A stretch of 59,094 nucleotides of DNA, the filler included. It is 6 parts of 6 records of this genome, joined end to end, with 100 filler letters (N's around TTAATTAATTAA, not from the genome) between each part and the next. Parts side by side here need not be neighbours in the genome. Positions count along the whole stretch, not along the records: positions 52,869 to 59,094 come from SRR31147125_1057; 5 more parts are not named here. One strand, written 5' to 3'. Each line of letters begins with the position of its first letter. Positions within the stretch are counted from its first letter, which is position 1. This document shows, one piece after another, positions 52,964 to 59,094 of this stretch. The translations under genes and the position numbers were made by a program. The notes under the pieces were generated by a model. That model saw only the letters and a program-made list of their open reading frames with translations, made no database searches and was not told the DNA's origin.

Positions 52964-55540
52964 ATGAGATACATGAGTGCACAAGAGATTAGAGAAACTT
53001 GGTTAAATTTCTTTCAATCAAAAGGACATAAAATTGAATCTTCAGCTTCACTAATTCCACAAAATGATCCAACATTACTATGGATTAATGCAGGTGTTGC
53101 ACCACTTAAAAAATATTTTGATGGAAGTGAAACACCAGTAAGTCCAAGACTTACAAATGTCCAAAAATGCATTCGAACAAATGATATAGATAATGTGGGG
53201 AGAACAGCAAGACATCATACGTTTTTTGAAATGTTAGGAAATTTTTCGATTGGTGATTATTTTAAAGACCAAGCAATTGCTTGGGGTTTTGAATTGTTAA
53301 CGGATGAAAAATGGTTTGGCTTCCCTAAAGATAAACTCTACATCACATATTATCCTGATGATATAGAAGCAAGAAATCAATGGATTGCGTTAGGGATGGA
53401 TCCATCTCATTTGGTAGCACTTGAAGGTAATTTTTGGGAAATTGGAACGGGTCCATGTGGTCCGGATACTGAAATATTTTTTGATCGTGGAAAATCATTT
53501 GATACGAGAGGCATTGAATTATTAGAAAAAGATATTGATAATGAACGATATATTGAAATATGGAATATTGTTTTTTCTCAATTTAATGCAAAAAGCGATT
53601 TAACACGTCGTGAATATCCAGAATTACCCAATAAAAATATTGATACGGGTGCTGGTTTAGAGAGATTTGCATGTGTATTGCAAAATACTAAAACAAATTT
53701 TGAAACAGACTTATTTTATCCAATCATTAAGCATGTTGAAAAATTAACAAATATTAAATACGAAGGACAAATGGCATTTAAAGTGATTGCAGATCACATG
53801 AAAGCATTAGTGTTTGCGATTAGTGATGGCGCAATGTTATCCAATGAAGGTAGAGGCTATGTTTTAAGAAGATTACTTAGAAGAGCTGTAAAATATGCTC
53901 GATTTTTAGGTATGCAAGAAGCATTTTTATATCTGCTTGTTGATGATGTGGTTCAAATGATGGGACCATTTTATCAAAACTTATATGAAACCGCTGATAT
54001 TGTAAAGAAAATTGTTCATAAAGAAGAATTGAAATTTTTAGAAACGATTGCTGAAGGTGAAAAACATTTAATTGATGCCATTAAAAGAGAAGGAAAAACT
54101 TTAAGTGGAGAAACAGCATTTAAACTCTATGATACTTATGGGTTTCCAATTGAAATCACTATCGAATATGCAAAAGAACAAGATGTTGATGTCGATATTG
54201 ATGCATTTTATTTAGCAATGGAAGCACAAAAGCAACGCTCAAGAAATGCAAGAAGTGAACAAAAAGGTATGAAAGCTCAAGATGAAGCATTTCTAAACTT
54301 TGAAGCACAATCGACATTTGTTGGTTACCATACTTTACAAGTTGAGACTAAAGTCATTAAAGTTTTCGATCAAGGAATTGTTTTAGAAAAAACGCCATTT
54401 TATGCAACATCTGGTGGACAATTGTGTGATCATGGATCAATTAATGGACTAAAAGTGACGCATGTTACGAAATTGCCGCATGGGCAATTTATTCATGAAG
54501 TCGAAGGAGAATTTGAAGAAGACGATGATGTGCTTGCAATTGTTGATAAAGCATATCGACTCAATACGGTTAGAAATCATAGTGCTGCACACTTATTCCA
54601 TCAAGCGATTAAAGATATCTTAGGTCAGCATTCACACCAACAAGGACAACTTGTTTCTGCAAAATCTTGGCGATTTGATTTTAATCATTTTGAAACAGAA
54701 AATGATGATAAAATCTTAGAAATTGAAAAATTAGTTAAACACTATATTTTAGAAAAACCGCTTGATGTACGCATTTTAGAAATGCCTATTGAAGAAGCTA
54801 AGAAAATGGGAGCAATGGCTTTATTTGGCGAAAAATATGGTGATATTGTTCGCGTTGTAGATATGGGATGGTCAAAAGAATTATGTGGTGGTACACATGT
54901 AGACAATACAAAAGAAATTATAGATTTTGCTATATGTTCATATGAATCCATTGGCTCAGGTATATATCGTATGGAAGGTATTACTGGTTCAGATTTAGCG
55001 GTTAAAATAAAACCATATATTCAGTCTTATGTAGATGAAATAGATAGCCTCTATGAGAAAATACAAAAACTAGATCCATCATTTAAACTACCAAAACAAC
55101 CAAGCATATTAGGTAGCTATCAAGATATATCAAATTATAGACACTATGTGATGACAATTAAAGAATTAATTAAAAATCATGAAAAAACTTTAGAAAAGAA
55201 AAAACAACAAGCAGCAATTTCAGATGTTGACGCACTGATTAATTTTGATTTACAAAATCAAGTGATCATCACTCATGGATTAGAAAACAAAGTGTTAAAA
55301 CAACTCATCGACATGATTGTTGATAAAGCAAAAGCACAAACCATATTTTTAATTAATATCGGTGAGGATAAAGCATCATTTATTTGTAAGAGTTTAGAAG
55401 ATAAAGCAAGTGAGTTAGTGAAACTTGCTGCATCAATATCAGGTGGTTCAGGTGGAGGTCGACTTCAAATGGCTCAAGGTGGTACACAAAATCTTGACAA
55501 AATTGATGAGATTGTGAAAGTGATATCTGAACAATTATGA
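52964..55540 (+). CDS. alaS: Alanine--tRNA ligase
   Basis: HHTFFEMLGNFS, GPCGP, IDTGAGLER, NHSAAH, ELCGGTHV, GGSGGG. Confidence 0.97.
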   Translation: MRYMSAQEIRETWLNFFQSKGHKIESSASLIPQNDPTLLWINAGVAPLKKYFDGSETPVSPRLTNVQKCIRTNDIDNVGRTARHHTFFEMLGNFSIGDYFKDQAIAWGFELLTDEKWFGFPKDKLYITYYPDDIEARNQWIALGMDPSHLVALEGNFWEIGTGPCGPDTEIFFDRGKSFDTRGIELLEKDIDNERYIEIWNIVFSQFNAKSDLTRREYPELPNKNIDTGAGLERFACVLQNTKTNFETDLFYPIIKHVEKLTNIKYEGQMAFKVIADHMKALVFAISDGAMLSNEGRGYVLRRLLRRAVKYARFLGMQEAFLYLLVDDVVQMMGPFYQNLYETADIVKKIVHKEELKFLETIAEGEKHLIDAIKREGKTLSGETAFKLYDTYGFPIEITIEYAKEQDVDVDIDAFYLAMEAQKQRSRNARSEQKGMKAQDEAFLNFEAQSTFVGYHTLQVETKVIKVFDQGIVLEKTPFYATSGGQLCDHGSINGLKVTHVTKLPHGQFIHEVEGEFEEDDDVLAIVDKAYRLNTVRNHSAAHLFHQAIKDILGQHSHQQGQLVSAKSWRFDFNHFETENDDKILEIEKLVKHYILEKPLDVRILEMPIEEAKKMGAMALFGEKYGDIVRVVDMGWSKELCGGTHVDNTKEIIDFAICSYESIGSGIYRMEGITGSDLAVKIKPYIQSYVDEIDSLYEKIQKLDPSFKLPKQPSILGSYQDISNYRHYVMTIKELIKNHEKTLEKKKQQAAISDVDALINFDLQNQVIITHGLENKVLKQLIDMIVDKAKAQTIFLINIGEDKASFICKSLEDKASELVKLAASISGGSGGGRLQMAQGGTQNLDKIDEIVKVISEQL

Positions 55541-55956
55541 AAAAATATTTAGGTATAGATCTTGGTAGTAAAACGATAGGATTATCGATGTCTACATCAG
55601 GTATTATCGCAGAAAGCTATGATACACTTTATTTTAAGAACGATTTATATGATGAAGCCGTTGAAAAAATCATAAATGTGGTAAAATTAGAAAGTATCGA
55701 TGTCATTGTTTTAGGTTATCCGAAACATATGAATAATGATGTAGGTATTCGTGGTAAAATTAGTGAAGATGTAAAACAAAAAATCATGGATAAAATCCAA
55801 GTTGAAGTTGTTTTATGGGATGAACGATTATCCACTAAAAGTGCATTAGATGCCATGATATATGGCAATACGTCACGAAAAAAACAAAAAAAGAAAAAAG
55901 ATGAAATGGCAGCAGTTGTCATTTTACAAAATTATTTAAATTATAAAGGAGCCTAG
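55537..55956 (+). CDS. ruvX: YqgF/RuvX pre-16S rRNA nuclease
   Basis: LGIDLGSKTIG, VLGYP, WDERLST, AAVVILQ. Confidence 0.92.
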   Translation: MKKYLGIDLGSKTIGLSMSTSGIIAESYDTLYFKNDLYDEAVEKIINVVKLESIDVIVLGYPKHMNNDVGIRGKISEDVKQKIMDKIQVEVVLWDERLSTKSALDAMIYGNTSRKKQKKKKDEMAAVVILQNYLNYKGA

Positions 55957-55958
55957 TT

Positions 55959-56219
55959 ATGTTTGAAAATGATAAACAATTAACATTAGTCGATGCAGAT
56001 GGTAAAGAAACAATGTGCGAAATTTTATTTACACATGAAGCAAATGATAAAAAATATGTAGTCTTTGAAGTCCTAGATACTGAAGAAGTCACTGCAGCAG
56101 TTTATGTCCCAAGAGAAGATGAATCAGAAGGCGATTTCTTAGATATCGAAACAGATGAAGAGTGGGATATGCTTGAAAAGTTATTAGAAAATTACTATAA
56201 CGATTTAGACAAAGCATAA
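55959..56219 (+). CDS. DUF1292 (YrzB-like) protein
   Basis: Acidic 86 aa, LVDADG..EILFT, IETDEEW; conserved position after yqgF. Confidence 0.8.
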   Translation: MFENDKQLTLVDADGKETMCEILFTHEANDKKYVVFEVLDTEEVTAAVYVPREDESEGDFLDIETDEEWDMLEKLLENYYNDLDKA

Positions 56220-56228
56220 AAATGATTT

Positions 56229-56254
56229 AAAGGAAGCCTATAGGCTTCTTTTTT
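56229..56254 (+). terminator. Rho-independent terminator
   Basis: GAAGCC-tata-GGCTTC-TTTTTT. Confidence 0.75.
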
Positions 56255-56297
56255 ATGTCAAATCGTCTCTTATGATAAAATATATTTAGGTGGTTTT

Positions 56298-56867
56298 ATG
56301 TTAGAAGAAATGAAAAAATATGCAATGTCTCATCGGGTACCTATTATTTGTGATGAAGGACTAACATTTTTAAATGAACAAATTAAAAAATATAAAGTCA
56401 AACAAGTGCTTGAGATTGGGACTGCGATAGGCTACAGTGCATTATATATGGCGCAATTAGGTTGTCGTGTTGACACTTTTGAAAGAAATCAACATATGAT
56501 CGATCTTGCACAAAAGAATTTTAGTTTATACGATCAAGATCAAGATATTAGACTTATACAGTCAGATGCATTATTATATAATCAACCATTAGATCAAACA
56601 TATGATTTAATTTTTATTGATGCAGCAAAGGCACAATATCAAAAGTTTTTTGAAAAATTCGCACCATATTTAAATGATGGTGGTATCATTGTTTGTGATA
56701 ATTTAGCTTTTCATCATTTGGATAAACAAAAAGTTAATCGAAATACAAGACAATTGATCCATAAACTAGAAAAATTTATTGATTATTTAAAACAACATCC
56801 ATTATATGATACTGAATTTTATGATGTCGGTGATGGGATGAGTGTAACAAGAAGGAAAAACATATGA
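56298..56867 (+). CDS. trmR: O-methyltransferase, tRNA 5-hydroxyuridine methyltransferase (YrrM/TrmR-like)
   Basis: LEIGTAIGYS, FIDAAK, DN, GDG; adjacent to U32 genes. Confidence 0.8.
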   Translation: MLEEMKKYAMSHRVPIICDEGLTFLNEQIKKYKVKQVLEIGTAIGYSALYMAQLGCRVDTFERNQHMIDLAQKNFSLYDQDQDIRLIQSDALLYNQPLDQTYDLIFIDAAKAQYQKFFEKFAPYLNDGGIIVCDNLAFHHLDKQKVNRNTRQLIHKLEKFIDYLKQHPLYDTEFYDVGDGMSVTRRKNI

Positions 56868-57733
56868 AATTATTAACAACGATTTATGACATTAATCATA
56901 TACCATTACTAAACCAAGCAGATGGATTTTTATTAGGCTCAAAAGATTATGCAACAAGACTAACACATAGTTTTCATGTAAGCGAGATTAATTTAGCCAT
57001 TGATCAAGTAAAAAAATTAAATAAAGAAATATTTTTACTCGCCAATCAAATGTTTGACGATGATATGATTCAAAGTTTTAAAACATGGATAAAAGATTTA
57101 AATGTAGAAGACCTAACAGGTATTGTGATTGCTGATGTTGGGATATATTATGCATTAAAAAAAATCGGATTACAAGATAAACTTATTTATAATCCTGAGA
57201 CGCTTATGACCAATTACTATGATTTTAATTTTTTAGTGGAACATGGTATTTATGGTGTTTATATTGCAAAAGAGATTACATTAGATGATATTAAAATGAT
57301 TGCACATAAAAAACAAACAAAATTATTTATGGTTGGTCATGGATATCTCAATATGTTTTATTCAAAACGACAACTTATTCATAATTATATGGATTTTATT
57401 AATGAAGAAAATACACTTCATGAAAAACAAAACATTAAAATTATTGAAGAAAAAAGAAGTGAAGATCCTTATCCAATCTTAGAAGATCAAGCAGGAACTC
57501 ATGTTTTTAGATCGAAAGTATTTGATAGTTATCCATATTTAGATGAATTAGAACCCATTGTTGATTATTTCGTCATAGATACTATTTTTGAATCTGATCA
57601 ATATGCAAAAGATATATTATCACTATATAAGCATCAACATAGCGTTGCATCAATTGAAGAAAAATATCAAGAAACATGGGATCATGGATTCTTTTTCAAA
57701 AAAACAATTTATAAACAAGGAGTTAAGAAATGA
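56864..57733 (+). CDS. trhP1: Peptidase U32 family, small subunit (YrrN/TrhP1-like)
   Basis: YNPETL, AKEIT, GYLNMFYSKRQL, GTHVF. Confidence 0.75.
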   Translation: MKLLTTIYDINHIPLLNQADGFLLGSKDYATRLTHSFHVSEINLAIDQVKKLNKEIFLLANQMFDDDMIQSFKTWIKDLNVEDLTGIVIADVGIYYALKKIGLQDKLIYNPETLMTNYYDFNFLVEHGIYGVYIAKEITLDDIKMIAHKKQTKLFMVGHGYLNMFYSKRQLIHNYMDFINEENTLHEKQNIKIIEEKRSEDPYPILEDQAGTHVFRSKVFDSYPYLDELEPIVDYFVIDTIFESDQYAKDILSLYKHQHSVASIEEKYQETWDHGFFFKKTIYKQGVKK

Positions 57734-58914
57734 TTGAATTATTAGCCCCTGCAGGTAACCTAGATAAATTAAAGATTGCACTGATGTATGGTGCTGATGC
57801 TGTTTTTATTGGTGGACAAAACTTCTCACTTCGAGCTAGAGCATCCAATTTTACGATTGCTGACATTGAAGAAGCAACCGATTTTGCACATGAACGTGGT
57901 AAAAAAGTATATATTACAACAAATATTATTCCTCATAACGAAGATTTAGAGGGTGTTATTGAGTATTTAAAAGCACTAGAATCAGTAAATGTTGATGCGA
58001 TTATTTCTGCATCACCATTTATCATTGATATGGCACTTAATCATACAGGACTCGAAGTTCATTTATCTACACAACAATCTGCATACAATAGTGAAGCAGT
58101 CAATTATTGGTATGATAAAGGTGTAAAACGTATTGTTTTAGCAAGAGAATTAGATAAACATCAGATTCACGATTTATGTCAACGTACAAAGGCAGATATC
58201 GAAGTCTTTATTCATGGTGGTATGTGTATGTCATTTAGCGGACGCTGCTCATTATCTGATAATATGACTGATAGAGATGCGAATCGTGGTGGATGTGCCC
58301 ATTCATGTAGATGGAATTATGAACTCACATCCGATGGTGTTAAAGTCAATGATGCAGCATTTTCTATGTCTTCAAAAGATTTAGAAGCGATTCATCAAGT
58401 ACCATATTTAATTGATAGTGGTGTTTCATCACTAAAAATTGAAGGACGCATGAAATCAGTACATTACATTGCAACTGTTGTCTCTACATATCGTAGACTT
58501 ATTGATGATTATATTAATACGGGTGATATTAAGGATTATGCTGCCTATGAAGAAGAAATGAAAAAAGCTGAGAATAGACTATCATCAATTGGTTATCTAG
58601 AAGGTAATCCTGGGGTTGAACAACAATTATATGGGATGCGTAGTGAAAAACCATCACAATTATTTATTGGTTTTGGACTTGATTATGATCAAAAAAATCA
58701 TATGGCAACCATTGAGCAAAGAAATTACTTTAAAATGGGTGATGAAATAGAAGTGCATAATCCAAGTGGTAAACATTTTCATTTTAAACTTTTAGAGATG
58801 ACGGATGAAGATGGAAATGCCATAGAAGTCGCAAGACATCCTAAACAAATTTTAAAAGTAAAAGTGCCACATGAAATTGAACCATATGCCATGATTAGAA
58901 GATATATCGTATAA
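57730..58914 (+). CDS. trhP2: Peptidase U32 family tRNA hydroxylation protein (YrrO/TrhP2-like)
   Basis: ELLAPAG, HGGMCMSFSGRC, NRGGCAHSCR, SLKIEGRMKS. Confidence 0.85.
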   Translation: MIELLAPAGNLDKLKIALMYGADAVFIGGQNFSLRARASNFTIADIEEATDFAHERGKKVYITTNIIPHNEDLEGVIEYLKALESVNVDAIISASPFIIDMALNHTGLEVHLSTQQSAYNSEAVNYWYDKGVKRIVLARELDKHQIHDLCQRTKADIEVFIHGGMCMSFSGRCSLSDNMTDRDANRGGCAHSCRWNYELTSDGVKVNDAAFSMSSKDLEAIHQVPYLIDSGVSSLKIEGRMKSVHYIATVVSTYRRLIDDYINTGDIKDYAAYEEEMKKAENRLSSIGYLEGNPGVEQQLYGMRSEKPSQLFIGFGLDYDQKNHMATIEQRNYFKMGDEIEVHNPSGKHFHFKLLEMTDEDGNAIEVARHPKQILKVKVPHEIEPYAMIRRYIV

Positions 58915-58940
58915 GATACTTATTTTAAGTATCTTTTTTT
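58913..58940 (+). terminator. Terminator
   Basis: AAGATACTTA-ttt-TAAGTATCTT followed by a T run. Confidence 0.7.
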
Positions 58941-59030
58941 ATAGGTTGTGAATATTTAGTAAATAATGAATGCCATCATATCTATGTATGATATAATGTA
59001 GGAAAATTAGTAAGGTGAGAAAGTAGGCTT

Positions 59031-59094
59031 ATGATGCAGAAAGTTGCGATGGTAGATATTGGCTCCAATACAGTAAGATTATGTGTATACAAAA
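59031..59094 (+). CDS. ppx: Ppx/GppA phosphatase (3' partial)
   Basis: MMQKVAMVDIGSNTVRL; TGATATAAT extended -10 at 58989-58997. Confidence 0.75.
   Translation, partial: MMQKVAMVDIGSNTVRLCVYK

Overview
This window is not one locus. It is six unrelated contigs joined by artificial 100-nt N linkers containing TTAATTAATTAA (9831-9930, 23565-23664, 32441-32540, 47620-47719, 52769-52868), so gene context is only valid within a segment. Taxonomic labels are inferred from gene content and composition. (1) 1-9830, Bacteroidota-like: GshB-like ATP-grasp ligase, NFG-amidohydrolase/QEGLA metallopeptidase, GNAT-nitrilase, GH78 rhamnosidase, an IS982 element and a decayed susD. (2) 9931-23564, Acholeplasmatales-like: uvrA, ligA, an AbiF/Abi_2 HEPN gene followed by a candidate ~50-nt RNA with its own promoter and terminator, osmC, a minimal UvrD helicase, satD-DUF3307, pcrA, glnS, MATE. 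(3) 23665-32440, Clostridia-like: 6S RNA, decarboxylase, gloA, hflKC, HAD, CCA enzyme. (4) 32541-47619: kamA remnant, ParB-like plus SPL-like radical SAM pair, GIY-YIG, USP, CLC, and a PAS kinase/sigma54/ECF signalling cluster. (5) 47720-52768: a tRNA 3' end, a 1276-aa nuclease-STAND (Avs/NLR-like) gene, a ParDE-like toxin-antitoxin pair and a partial LytTR gene. (6) 52869-59094, Acholeplasmatales-like: T-box, alaS, yqgF, DUF1292, trmR, trhP1, trhP2, ppx. Several single-base homopolymer frameshifts, including one in essential ligA, look like sequencing errors. Best candidates for new biology: the AbiF plus downstream small-RNA module, the tRNA-adjacent nuclease-STAND protein, and the satD-DUF3307-mini-UvrD cluster. 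All calls come from motif recognition by eye; no searches were run.
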